DNA of 64,000 nucleotides from a virus. A program made the translations under genes and the position numbers. Shown here one piece after another: positions 9,597 through 20,017 of the stretch (its first letter is position 1; each line of letters begins with the position of its first letter). The notes under the pieces are model-generated. The model saw nothing but the letters and a program-made list of their open reading frames with translations, did no database searches and had not been told where the DNA came from. Where the stretch lies: positions 1 to 64,000 of IMG/VR virus record IMGVR_UViG_3300044953_000352; one strand, written 5' to 3'.

Positions 9597-10916
9597 ATGG
9601 CAACATTTGATTTATTAACAAAAGTTTTTAGATTATTAATTGGAAGAAGATATACAAGTGCTGTCTTGGGAGATTCACAGGAAGCATTTACTTCTATTAT
9701 TCAAATCGGTGCTGAAGAAATATGGGCACAAACGAAATTAATACCAAGTTCAAGTCTTCCTTTTTCATCTAGTAACAATTCAGGAGATATATTGTCTAGT
9801 AGTGTTGTTAAATACTGGTATAAATTTCCGTTGACTGTGGCAAATGATGCCGGAACTGGAAGTTTTGCAAGTGGAAGTACTTGGTTCTTTTTATATCCAA
9901 GTGGATCTATAAACGGAGTTAGTAGTCAATTAGTACAAAATGGACAAATAACAAATTTTATTAGTCCTAAATATTCTACATCTTCATTGGCTAACCAATC
10001 CGCAGATTTTTCAAACAACGGAAATCCTCCGGGGTACAATATTGCATTATTTAGTTCATCTAATGGAACCACATTTGGTAACATTGTTGCATCTAGTATG
10101 CCATATCAATTTGATTATAAAACAGGTATACTTCAATTTACGACAACAGAAATACCAACTGCCCGTGTTTATGCAACAGTTTATCAATATATAGGAACCA
10201 CATTAGCCGATACAAATGATAATAACTTCGGAAATATCACTGCTTCTGTGGTTTCTTCTTCTGTTATTATTGCAAATCAAATTACTTCATCTGTTATAAC
10301 AAGTTCTTTAGGACTATTTGATGAAATTACAGCAAGTAATGCTTTAATAAAAAATAATTTATGGGTAAACGGAAGTATATATGCGTCTATTTTTAGTGCA
10401 AGTAATATCTATATTACATCAAGTCAGTTAGTTGTAAGTGATAATATAATTACTTTAAATGCATTAAGTCCCTATGTTCGTTACTCTGGATTTGAAATGT
10501 ATGATAGTGGAAGCGGCACCCTTAGTTCATTATTATGGGATAGTGAAAGAAATTATTTCTTCGTAAGTAGTAGTGACGCAGGATATGCAAGACAAATTAT
10601 TCTTGGTCCTGATGTAGAACAATCATTAGCACCGGGATATTTAGCATTAATTAGCGGTAGCAACAGTATTACTCAAAGTATAGTTCGTCAAAGTGGATCT
10701 AATATAGTTGTAGAAGGAAACCTAAGTGCAAGTACAGTAACTGCTACATCCGGTTCGTTTGTATATTTAAATATCAATAATACTGGATCTGCTCCAAGTA
10801 ATCCTTATCAAAATGGTAAAGTGGGAGAAATAAGATTAGACAATAATTTTATTTATATATACACAAATGAAAGATGGATAAGATCACCTATTAGTTTATG
10901 GGATGAAATTACTTAA
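9597..10916 (+). CDS. putative tail fibre/virion protein
   Basis: ITAS/SGS repeats, VSDNIITLNA, and C-terminal GKVGEIRLDNNFIYIYTNERWIRSP of the kind seen at phage fibre ends. Confidence 0.65.
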   Translation: MATFDLLTKVFRLLIGRRYTSAVLGDSQEAFTSIIQIGAEEIWAQTKLIPSSSLPFSSSNNSGDILSSSVVKYWYKFPLTVANDAGTGSFASGSTWFFLYPSGSINGVSSQLVQNGQITNFISPKYSTSSLANQSADFSNNGNPPGYNIALFSSSNGTTFGNIVASSMPYQFDYKTGILQFTTTEIPTARVYATVYQYIGTTLADTNDNNFGNITASVVSSSVIIANQITSSVITSSLGLFDEITASNALIKNNLWVNGSIYASIFSASNIYITSSQLVVSDNIITLNALSPYVRYSGFEMYDSGSGTLSSLLWDSERNYFFVSSSDAGYARQIILGPDVEQSLAPGYLALISGSNSITQSIVRQSGSNIVVEGNLSASTVTATSGSFVYLNINNTGSAPSNPYQNGKVGEIRLDNNFIYIYTNERWIRSPISLWDEIT

Positions 10917-11883
10917 TGAAGCTTGTTTGAGATTATCTGAAGCGATAGCTCGTTATTCAGCAGGTACTTACGCCGAGTCGTCAACATATACTCCTTATGA
11001 AAAAAGTAAAGCCGCACTTGATTATAATTTTAAAAGAGTGCAAGTATTAAAATGGCAAGATGTAAAGATGTTTGAATATGCTAAATTATTTGATTTGGAA
11101 GATGTAGGTGATGTAGTAATAAACGGAAGTCTTGATACTGGACCTTATAGTGATAAAAGAAGATGGTATACATCCCGTATATTTTATACAGGTCCACACG
11201 TTACAGGTACTAGACTTACAACCAAACAATTATTTCCATTTGGAATGGTTCCTTATTGAAAATGGACAGTTGAATCGGCCAGTTGGTACTTATTGGGAGG
11301 TACTTTACTTAGTGGTAATCGTGTTTTATTTGACCAAACTCAACTTGACCAAGGTTATTATCCAGCTTTCAACGAAAAAGCTTTTTCGAGCGATCCTACA
11401 TATAATTGGACATCAAAAAGTTATTCATCGCTCGGTAGTTGGTTTATTGCGTTTGTAAAACTACTTGAAGGTACTGATAGAGGTTTTCCAACTACAAGTC
11501 CCGGTGGATATCAAATCATAAAAGCATGGACAACTTTACATGACATTTTTTCATTAAGAGTAAGTGACATACCTTCTCAATATCCAACATCTGCGGACTG
11601 TCAAAAATATTCACAACTCATAAATGTAGCTACTCAGCAAATATGCGATAAAATGAATAGATATTCAAGAGATTATTTTTTAACTACAACATATTCAGCT
11701 TATATGTATCAAGAACCTCCATTTCAAAACACCGATGAAAGAACTTATTATTGGTTTATTAACGGCCACGAAGGTAGTTTAAATAACATTAATGGAAGTA
11801 ATAACGGTGATATAGTTATTTCACAAACTACACTCAATAAAATAAGATCGTTAAAAAATAAATTGTATCCTGAAATGCCTTAA
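10903..11883 (+). CDS. hypothetical protein interrupted by one in-frame TGA (11257-11259)
   Basis: Track ORFs 10903..11259 and 11293..11883 share a frame; sequence reads ...GMVPY*KWTVESASWYLLGGTLL... with no other stop. Confidence 0.6.
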
Positions 11884-12102
11884 TTATTGTTGAAAAGATT
11901 CTAAGGACGGAGGTAATTCGTTAGGTTTAACGGTGCCCCCGTTACTTTTTTGTCCAAAATATCAACCAACAACCGCCATAACTACACTATTTAATAATTC
12001 GCTATTAATTTTAAGAAATACAGATATTCCAAATACTAATATAAGAAAAAGAACAATGATTGCTCGTATTGATATTCCACAAATAGAAGATTCGCTATTC
12101 AT
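11884..12102 (-). CDS. small two-TM holin-like membrane protein with in-frame TGA at codon 47 (not in ORF track)
   Basis: MNSESSICGISIRAIIVLFLILVFGISVFLKINSELLNSVVMAVVG*YFGQKSNGGTVKPNELPPSLESFQQ; fills the gap between neighbours almost exactly. Holin role is inferred. Confidence 0.55.
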
Positions 12103-12107
12103 ATAAT

Positions 12108-12365
12108 TTATCCTTTTAATAACGATTTATTTTTAATATTAATTTGAGATTCTTCACTAGGAAGTCCTATTTTTGATTTTAATATCTTTAATGCAAATTT
12201 TGGATTCATTTTACCACAATTAAATCCAATAATATTGTGTTGTTTACAGAACTCTTGTAGTTCATATAAATCATTAGGATCTATAGACATTACCGGAGGT
12301 AATTCATTATTGTCTTGCGAGACTTTCTTTTTTAATAAAACTTTATATGGATCAAACTCATTCAT
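12108..12365 (-). CDS. hypothetical protein
   Basis: 85 aa ORF, tightly packed with neighbours. Confidence 0.65.
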   Translation of the reverse strand: MNEFDPYKVLLKKKVSQDNNELPPVMSIDPNDLYELQEFCKQHNIIGFNCGKMNPKFALKILKSKIGLPSEESQINIKNKSLLKG

Positions 12366-12367
12366 TT

Positions 12368-14011
12368 TTAGTCACGGTCATATTTTCTTCCTTCTGGTCC
12401 AAAATGATCCAAATGATGATAAACATCATCAAGATATTCTCCAGCAAGGTTAAGTTTGGCTTTTACCCAATCTTCAAGAGAAGCAGTGTCTGTAAACAAT
12501 GATTGTAATTCTTTAGCATCACTGTTTATTTGTTTTAATGTTCCCATTGCCATACTACTATTAAATTCTCTCAATAATTCTTGATAAACTTCTTTATAGA
12601 TTTCATTTATTGATTTACTTGAAGTTTTTCCACCAGCTTGTCTTTTTCTACGAGCGGCACAATGTGCTTTTTGACTGAATCCGTTTGGATTACCACAATC
12701 AATTGATTTTTTATATTTAATAGACCATTTTTCTTGTATATTTGTTTTATCTTTTTCTTCGTTATAAAACTTAAGATAATCTCTTACAGTAGCTACATAA
12801 TCACATGCATGATTTAATTTTGCTTTTACCCAATCTTCTAAGTTATCATTAACATTAAACATCGATTGTAGTTTTTCACTATAATCGATAATCTTTGTTA
12901 AATCACTTTGTGTAATTTCTGCATTTTCAAAAAAATTCTTATATTCTATAGATTCATTCTTTTTCTTTTGCCAAGAAACTGAACTTGGTCCTTTTTTCTT
13001 ACTTGTTCCAGTTTTATTACATTGTGAAGGAGTTGGACGACATGCAGGATACTTGGATCTCTTTTCACCAGTTTGACGACCACACGATTTGCATTTCTTT
13101 GTTCCAGTTTTAGGATCTTTACGACACGTATTGCAATCAACCCATCCCTTTCCACCTCTTCCACCACGACGTGCAAACCATCCATGTAAACCCTGTGATT
13201 TCTCTTTGCTAAAATCCTTTTTTTCTTCTAGTTCAGCGGATTCTTCTTGTTTTTTCTTCCAGATTTTACCCTGTCTACATTTTACAATAGCTCCTGATTT
13301 ATATGCGGAAGTTTTTGGACCATACACACTATCTGCTTTTTTGTGACATCTATCTTTTTTCTTTTTTTCTTCGTCAATAGTTGGCTCTTGAATATCAATT
13401 TCAGTTTTAGAAATACCTTTATCTATGATTGGTTGACTATTTCTACCATCTACTTGACCGTTTGATGTATCTCCAATTGTTCCTTGTACATTTCCTTGTT
13501 CTATTCCTGTATTTCCAACTCTAGCAGGATCATTAAAGCTTTGATTTGGGTCACCCAAACCCGATGCGGCACCCGGTTGAAATTCTTTAGCCAATCCACA
13601 ACGAATTAGTTTAGTATAATACTCTGGATCTTCTTTCAAATGATCTAATGCAATTTCTCTTGCAATATCAGGATTATTAGTATGTTCCATTTCCACTTGA
13701 ATTCCTAATGATAATTGAACTGGATTAACAGTGTGTTCATCGGTAGAATCCCCAACACCACCAATTAAGTTATTATCAGTAGTAGCAATATTTGCTTCAT
13801 TTAAGTCCGAATAAAAATCTTTATAATCGATATCCCATTTATCTTTTTCTTGTGACATAATAAATTCCTTTAAGTGTTTTTGTAATTTAGCATAACTACT
13901 GTGGGGTTCATATCCATAATCAATTGTCCAACGACGACCTTTCATAGCAGGATGTCCTATAATTGGATCATTTAGTTTTTCAGGATGTTGAAGTGGTTTG
14001 AAATCTTCCAT
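12368..14011 (-). CDS. modular putative head-associated protein (DUF5661-like module, Cys-rich basic modules, duplicated LEDWVKAKLN module)
   Basis: EMEHT...IALDHLKEDPEYYTKL; GWVDCNTC..KYPACRPT; KWSIKYKKSIDCGNPNGFSQKAHC; LEDWVKAKLN occurs twice. Confidence 0.6.
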   Translation of the reverse strand: MEDFKPLQHPEKLNDPIIGHPAMKGRRWTIDYGYEPHSSYAKLQKHLKEFIMSQEKDKWDIDYKDFYSDLNEANIATTDNNLIGGVGDSTDEHTVNPVQLSLGIQVEMEHTNNPDIAREIALDHLKEDPEYYTKLIRCGLAKEFQPGAASGLGDPNQSFNDPARVGNTGIEQGNVQGTIGDTSNGQVDGRNSQPIIDKGISKTEIDIQEPTIDEEKKKKDRCHKKADSVYGPKTSAYKSGAIVKCRQGKIWKKKQEESAELEEKKDFSKEKSQGLHGWFARRGGRGGKGWVDCNTCRKDPKTGTKKCKSCGRQTGEKRSKYPACRPTPSQCNKTGTSKKKGPSSVSWQKKKNESIEYKNFFENAEITQSDLTKIIDYSEKLQSMFNVNDNLEDWVKAKLNHACDYVATVRDYLKFYNEEKDKTNIQEKWSIKYKKSIDCGNPNGFSQKAHCAARRKRQAGGKTSSKSINEIYKEVYQELLREFNSSMAMGTLKQINSDAKELQSLFTDTASLEDWVKAKLNLAGEYLDDVYHHLDHFGPEGRKYDRD

Positions 14012-14012
14012 A

Positions 14013-14489
14013 TTATTTCATGATTTTTCTTTGTTTCATTTCACGGATAATATCATAAATTGCTTCTTTTTTGACTCCGTTTTCATCAACCATCATTGAT
14101 TCTAAACTACTATAAAATTTTGGATTTTTCTTTAAATTATGTGCCACTAATTGTTTGGCAACATCCATTCTTTTAAATACCATCTTTTTTAACTCATATT
14201 TAATACCAGCAATTATTTCATCCGGAGTGACTTTTGTTTTTATTGAATCTACATCACGATCAAAGTCTTGTTTGCTTTGTGTAGGACTATTGTCATAATC
14301 TTCTGGTGGTAAAACCGTTATATCGCTCGCACTTGCGGCCGTTTGAGGATATTTAAATTTTTCAGGATATTGACTAATATCTGGACTACTAATTGTATCA
14401 ATACTAGGTGTACCTAATCCTCCTCCTTGAGAATATGGTAATCCAATCATCATTCTGTCACCTAATTCATTTTCATTTATTTTTGCCAT
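14013..14489 (-). CDS. hypothetical protein with DUF5661-like C-terminus
   Basis: GIKYELKK...AKQLVAHNLKKNPKFYSSL resembles the module in the neighbouring gene; start MAKINE follows TATTTAT. Confidence 0.6.
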   Translation of the reverse strand: MAKINENELGDRMMIGLPYSQGGGLGTPSIDTISSPDISQYPEKFKYPQTAASASDITVLPPEDYDNSPTQSKQDFDRDVDSIKTKVTPDEIIAGIKYELKKMVFKRMDVAKQLVAHNLKKNPKFYSSLESMMVDENGVKKEAIYDIIREMKQRKIMK

Positions 14490-14527
14490 ATATATAAATA
14501 TCAAATAAATATTATAAATTGACGATT

Positions 14528-15454
14528 TTATCTGTGTTTATTCATATAAAGAACAGACGGATAATTAATTGAATCTAAATCTGATTTAAATACATCATTT
14601 AAAGGTAATTTTGGAAAGTTGGCATCTGCAATAATAAATTTACCATCTTTCCAAACTAATGGAATATAATCTAAAAACATTGTCAATGATTTGTCTTTAA
14701 GTTTGTGGTAGACATAACAACTTAAAAACATCTCGTCATTTGCATAACAACTATCAGATTCTGTACCACATATTCTATACTTTCCACCATTATATTCAAT
14801 ATATTTTGCTTTATCGTTTCCGATTGTATTAGTTACTCGTTTTGTTTCTTCCATCATCCATTTAGACATTGCACGAATTATATTTTTATCTGTATGATAT
14901 GTCATAAACATACCTTGAATGGCTTTATAAATAAATTTTTTTTCATCATCAATATCACGAAAACAGCTATAACGTATCATTTGATAACCATAATGAAATG
15001 CCCACATAAATTCTCTAAAAATTATTGGTGGATGTGGTGTGTCTAAATCTGTAAAAATTACAATTTTATTTTCATAAGAAAGTGGTATATATCTCCACAA
15101 CATTCCCGGAAATGTTTTAGTAGAGGTATGTTTCATCACATTAAATTGAACTCTAGGATGTTTTAACTGATCGATATATTTAATACAATCAGGTGATATA
15201 AAAATTTCAAAAACCCAATCATCTCCCAATATATGATAATTATTTTTAACAGGGGTAATGTATCTATTCTCCCATTCTTCTATAGACTCTTTATAATGAG
15301 GAGCATTGTACAAACACGCAGAAAATATTTTATTATTTTCTAATTTATTAATTACATAATCTACTGTAAATAAATCAATTATATTAGGATCGATATTGTC
15401 ATCATCGTTAACATTAAAAATTGGAAATAGATCTGTTATTTTAAATTTGTTCAT
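14528..15454 (-). CDS. putative GT-A glycosyltransferase-like protein
   Basis: GMLWRYIPL, DxD-like FTDLD, YANDEMFL; lies in a GT cluster. Confidence 0.45.
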   Translation of the reverse strand: MNKFKITDLFPIFNVNDDDNIDPNIIDLFTVDYVINKLENNKIFSACLYNAPHYKESIEEWENRYITPVKNNYHILGDDWVFEIFISPDCIKYIDQLKHPRVQFNVMKHTSTKTFPGMLWRYIPLSYENKIVIFTDLDTPHPPIIFREFMWAFHYGYQMIRYSCFRDIDDEKKFIYKAIQGMFMTYHTDKNIIRAMSKWMMEETKRVTNTIGNDKAKYIEYNGGKYRICGTESDSCYANDEMFLSCYVYHKLKDKSLTMFLDYIPLVWKDGKFIIADANFPKLPLNDVFKSDLDSINYPSVLYMNKHR

Positions 15455-16505
15455 ATATTTTTTTTAATAATTGTTTTGCGTGTTCATAATTAGGTTCTGC
15501 CCATTGATGGTTGTGCTGATAAAATCCGGTACATTTCATACCATCAACTTTTATAAGGTTATAATCAACGAAATATGGATAATCTTTTATAAAATATTCT
15601 GATTGCCCACCAAATTTTGTTACAATAACAGGTTTATGGTTTAAATATGCTTCATAACTAGAATATCCTAATCCTTCTCCTCTATGTAACAAAAAATAAC
15701 AATCTCCTAAAGAATGAATATTATTTAATTCACTTGTACAATAATTTTCTGGAAACAATACTATGTTCGGAGGGTTCTCATAATTAATTAATACTTTTTG
15801 TATTTCATATTTTATATATTCAGTTCTTTCATCACCGTATTCATAATAATTTGTTTTCATTAAAAATGATACATTATCTTTTTCGGTAAACGTATCACAT
15901 AAAGTTTTTAATGTGTTTAAGTTATTTTTTCTATCATTCCATGTTGAAATATAATAAAAATTATATGTTTGTGTTATATCTTTATTTCCAAATGCATAAT
16001 GCTTTGGTATTTCTATATGTTTCTTTTCTTGGTTATTAATAAAATTATAACTGATATATTTTTTTATCTTTATATCTTTTGTTACTCCACTTTCGATAAA
16101 CACTTTTTTATTGAACGTTGAAGGCAACCAGATTTCATCATATTCATTATTATTTAAATATTTAACCCAGTCAGGTGGTAATTTTGAAGTTTCCCAAACA
16201 GTTTGAAGTATTTTTTTACAATTAGGATTGTTAATCAGATGCTTATAATCATTGAGTCTGTCAATACAATGGTCTGGAATATAGTTGCATATAAAATAAT
16301 CATATCTATCGTAGTATTTATTTATACATTCATTTACAGATTTTGTAATAATATCATAACCATCTGTTCTTGAATTGTCTGAATTTATTGGAATATAAGT
16401 TACATTATATCCATTCATTAAATAATTAAATATGAAATATTTTGTAGAAATAGCGTAGCCACTTGTTCCTTTGGAACCAACATATAAAATATTTTTTGTA
16501 ATCAT
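15441..16505 (-). CDS. GT4-type (GT-B) glycosyltransferase
   Basis: GTSGYA, TVWET, WLPSTFNK, RKN, HRGEGLGYSSYEA, TKFGGQSEY. Confidence 0.85.
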   Translation of the reverse strand: MITKNILYVGSKGTSGYAISTKYFIFNYLMNGYNVTYIPINSDNSRTDGYDIITKSVNECINKYYDRYDYFICNYIPDHCIDRLNDYKHLINNPNCKKILQTVWETSKLPPDWVKYLNNNEYDEIWLPSTFNKKVFIESGVTKDIKIKKYISYNFINNQEKKHIEIPKHYAFGNKDITQTYNFYYISTWNDRKNNLNTLKTLCDTFTEKDNVSFLMKTNYYEYGDERTEYIKYEIQKVLINYENPPNIVLFPENYCTSELNNIHSLGDCYFLLHRGEGLGYSSYEAYLNHKPVIVTKFGGQSEYFIKDYPYFVDYNLIKVDGMKCTGFYQHNHQWAEPNYEHAKQLLKKIYEQI

Positions 16506-16541
16506 ATAACCTTGTATATATATTTTAATAACTTTGAATAT

Positions 16542-17159
16542 ATGAAATTTTGTTTGACTACTCTTTATAATGATAATTTTCAATCATTTATGCCATATGT
16601 TATAAAAAGTTTTGAAAAATTCTGTGGATATAATAATTGTAATTTAAAAATATACGATGCACTAATAGATGATAATATACATCCATCATGGAATAAATTA
16701 TTAGTATTAAAAGAATTAATTAAAAGATATGATATTGTTTTATGGGCTGATGCAGATAGTTTATTTACAGGTAAATCAGAAAATTTTTTAATTTACAATA
16801 ATTTTGATTCCGCTTCAAATTTTATGGTATCATCCGATACAAATGGAGTATGTCTTGGTTATATATTAATAAATAATTCTAATTATAATTTACAGTTAAT
16901 TGATACGATGTTATTACTTAAAGATGTTAAAAATGATAATTTTTTTGGAGACGGTCCTAAATGGGAACAGAATACATTTAAAGCATTAAATTTACATTTT
17001 AACATAAAATATCAAATTTTTAAATCTGATGTATCGGTTGATGTAGATTGTGTTAAAGATAAAGATTCTACATTTTTTTATCATTACTGTTGCAAAACAA
17101 ATGAAGAAAGATTAAAATATATTAAAAGAGATTTTGAAAATTTATATAAACTAGGATAA
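16542..17159 (+). CDS. GT34 (Mnn10/GMA12-like) glycosyltransferase
   Basis: HPSWNKL, WADADSL, WEQ, FFYHY; opposite strand to the rest of the cluster. Confidence 0.7.
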   Translation: MKFCLTTLYNDNFQSFMPYVIKSFEKFCGYNNCNLKIYDALIDDNIHPSWNKLLVLKELIKRYDIVLWADADSLFTGKSENFLIYNNFDSASNFMVSSDTNGVCLGYILINNSNYNLQLIDTMLLLKDVKNDNFFGDGPKWEQNTFKALNLHFNIKYQIFKSDVSVDVDCVKDKDSTFFYHYCCKTNEERLKYIKRDFENLYKLG

Positions 17160-17904
17160 AATTATATTTTGTTTACATTTACTAAACCACCAACTCATTT
17201 CTGTATAGGTACTAAAACGTGTGCCGTATAACGTATGACATTTACTTAATAATAACATTTCTATAAAATCATTTTGTATATCTGTCAAATTAGGATTTCT
17301 ATTATAAGTTATAATGTTATTATATTTATTTAAAAGAGACTGTTTTAATTTCAAATCATCCGTTGCAACGAATATTTTATCTTTGGTAGATCTAATAATA
17401 TTTTCGAAATTTTCTAAATAATATTTATTTGATCTTTCTAAAATAAAATTTTCCCAATATGGATTAGAAATATGATAAGTTCCCCCACCAAGTTCTTATA
17501 TGAAATGCAGTTAATATTTCAATATTAAACTCATTCACTATATTATTTATTTCAGTTTTAATAGAAAATGAGTCAATAATATTTAATATTTTATTTTTAA
17601 ACAAATAAGGAATGCGTTCATATTCATGATCAACGTCTCGAAAACGAATATCTCGTTCTGGAAAATCTCTGGTTTTTGTATTAAAGTTATCTGAAATTTC
17701 AATATCTTCATCTTTAACTAAAATTCTCCATGTGCATAAAGGAATGTATTCTGTATTTAGATCTAATGTAGTAAAATCGTTATCGAATATCTGATTTAAT
17801 TCTGTATAATTACTTTTACTTAAATGTGATAGTCTTAATACAGATATTAAATTCTTAAGTCTATTACCAAGTCCATTTGTTGTAGTTGCTATATATACAT
17901 TCAT
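17151..17904 (-). pseudogene. fucosyltransferase-like gene (GT11/GT23/O-FucT fold) with +1 frameshift in a G5 run
   Basis: GLGNRL and HIRTW in the 5' ORF; removing one C of CCCCC (17482-17486) joins it to IFVATDD...EMLLLSKC..GTRFSTYTEMSWW. Confidence 0.75.
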
Positions 17905-17905
17905 T

Positions 17906-18658
17906 TTAACACTGCCAATGTTTTATCTTAAATTTTAAACAACCAAATATTTCAAATCCATTTAAAAATGCCTGTTCAGAAAAACTCACTCCTTCTAATT
18001 TACACGGAATGTTATTTCCACATAAATCAACATACTCTTCTTCAATAAAATTATATCTTAATCCACTTTCAAACACTCTTTTTTTAATAAAGGCTGAACA
18101 TTCACATCTATTTAATTTGTATATCTCTTTATCTGGAAAAAGATCTGATAATTCATCCAGTTTGATTATTTTATTATCAACATTTGCATATGATGCACAA
18201 TCATAAAATTTCCACCACTCTGAATAGTAAAACGGCATCAACATATCTTTATCAAATGATGATAAATATTCTATAGAATTTATAGGCACTTCTTCTATGT
18301 CTGCATCTACCCACCAAAGATAATCATTATCACATAAATAATTATTTACTATAAAATTTCTTAACACTACTAAATTTTTTATTCTATTTTTTGAATATTC
18401 AAATTTATGTCTATCTTCATGCCTCAACTTAAATCCTAGATCTAATTTTAATATTATAACTTTTCTATATTTATCTACATTTAAAATTTGTTTTATTGAT
18501 TCATTAAGTTTTTTCCACGTATTATCTTCACTATCATTTTCAACGAAACATAAAGAAATATATTTTTTTGGATATGATAAATTATTAATTTGGTTTAATA
18601 AATTGTCAACAAAAATTTCTCCATTTTTGATTGGAGTACCAATCAAAATATTTTTCAT
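17906..18658 (-). CDS. Anp1/Mnn9/Van1-like (GT62) glycosyltransferase
   Basis: ILIGTPIKNG, LSYPKKYISLCFVENDSEDNT, RNFIV, WWVDADI. Confidence 0.7.
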   Translation of the reverse strand: MKNILIGTPIKNGEIFVDNLLNQINNLSYPKKYISLCFVENDSEDNTWKKLNESIKQILNVDKYRKVIILKLDLGFKLRHEDRHKFEYSKNRIKNLVVLRNFIVNNYLCDNDYLWWVDADIEEVPINSIEYLSSFDKDMLMPFYYSEWWKFYDCASYANVDNKIIKLDELSDLFPDKEIYKLNRCECSAFIKKRVFESGLRYNFIEEEYVDLCGNNIPCKLEGVSFSEQAFLNGFEIFGCLKFKIKHWQC

Positions 18659-19248
18659 ATTCTAAATACTCCTAAAGTATCTATCGCATTAATAAAATTT
18701 AATTTTCTATCGTTTACTTTAGTAGGAAACAACTTGTATGTACAATTAAAATCATGAACAACCCATATACAATTATTGTTACTTATCTTTTTCATATATG
18801 GTAAGTTCAATTTAATTTCATTAATATCATGCAATGCATCACAAAATATTAAATCATATTTAAAACTAAATGTATGAAAATTTTCGGGTATAAGAGTAAC
18901 ATACTTTAACAGATCATATTTTCCCAAATATTCTTTAGCAACTTCAAATATATTTTTATTTTTAGAAAAACTATATTCTTCAACTAAATCTGGAACAGTA
19001 ATTCCTCCATGAACTTTTGTATAAAAATCTATGAATTCTTCTCGATTTTTAAAATTTATGTCACAAGAATCAACCACAGCTGTGGACGATGAATCACGAA
19101 TCGCTTCACATATGACCGACGTACTTTTACCATACATACTTCCTATTTCTAATATAGAACCAGAAAAATTTAAACATAAATTATATAATCCCACTGCTTC
19201 TTTATCACTTAACCATCCGGGAATATTTGTATAAAATTTATCTTTCAT
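18655..19248 (-). CDS. class I SAM methyltransferase (Methyltransf_24-like)
   Basis: IPGWLS, LEIGSMYGKST, DLIFCDALH, VVHD. Confidence 0.85.
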   Translation of the reverse strand: MKDKFYTNIPGWLSDKEAVGLYNLCLNFSGSILEIGSMYGKSTSVICEAIRDSSSTAVVDSCDINFKNREEFIDFYTKVHGGITVPDLVEEYSFSKNKNIFEVAKEYLGKYDLLKYVTLIPENFHTFSFKYDLIFCDALHDINEIKLNLPYMKKISNNNCIWVVHDFNCTYKLFPTKVNDRKLNFINAIDTLGVFRI

Positions 19249-20017
19249 AATTAATCAATCCTTTATATAAATTACTCACGGTGTCATTGTTGTTCACTAT
19301 ATAATTTTTATTATATTTAATTAATCTATTATAGTTTTTATGTTCCCATAAATGTATTGAATAACAGTCTGATATATCTGAATTGTCTTCAAACATACAT
19401 TTTTTTCCGGTTTCTTCCCAAGAATATTTAAAAAAACTAGATTGTGGCTCAACATGAATGTATGATGGATATTTATAAGATAATTGAAGTGGTTTTTTCA
19501 CAGAATTATAATTCCAATCTTCTTTGTAATTAACACTATAATCATTTAACCAAATATTACTAAATTTACTATCTTTTTGAGACATTAATACCGCATTACA
19601 TAGTCCAACTAATACATTTGAATTATTTTCTCCGATTGCTGCACCTTCAACTCCCATTACGAATTCATTATGTAGTAAATTATCAAATGATTTTACACAT
19701 ATTGTATCTATATCAAGGTATATACCGCCAAATTTATTTATTATATTTAATCTAATAATATCAGAAAGATGTTCTGTATATGCAATTTTATTAGATGGTA
19801 TAAATACTTCTAGTGAATCTAATTTAATTAAATTACATATATTTTCTAACTCATAAAACCATATATTATTTGGACGGTGATAGTAATATAAATTTATTGT
19901 ATAATCTTTGTTAATATATTTTGCGCTCAATATATTTAAATAATGAAAATATTCAAATGGTTTATTACAAAAAGAATTATCTAAGCCAAATAAAAAATTT
20001 ATAACTTTTGGTATCAT
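19238..20017 (-). CDS. GT32 (Och1-like, DxD) glycosyltransferase
   Basis: MIPKVI, SDIIRL...GGIYLDID, LCNAVL, YSIHLW. Confidence 0.85.
   Translation of the reverse strand: MIPKVINFLFGLDNSFCNKPFEYFHYLNILSAKYINKDYTINLYYYHRPNNIWFYELENICNLIKLDSLEVFIPSNKIAYTEHLSDIIRLNIINKFGGIYLDIDTICVKSFDNLLHNEFVMGVEGAAIGENNSNVLVGLCNAVLMSQKDSKFSNIWLNDYSVNYKEDWNYNSVKKPLQLSYKYPSYIHVEPQSSFFKYSWEETGKKCMFEDNSDISDCYSIHLWEHKNYNRLIKYNKNYIVNNNDTVSNLYKGLINYER

Noticed and set aside
11132-11458. 108 aa ORF bridging 10903..11259 and 11293..11883 as a programmed frameshift
   Set aside because: The flanking ORFs are already in the same frame; one in-frame TGA explains them more simply.
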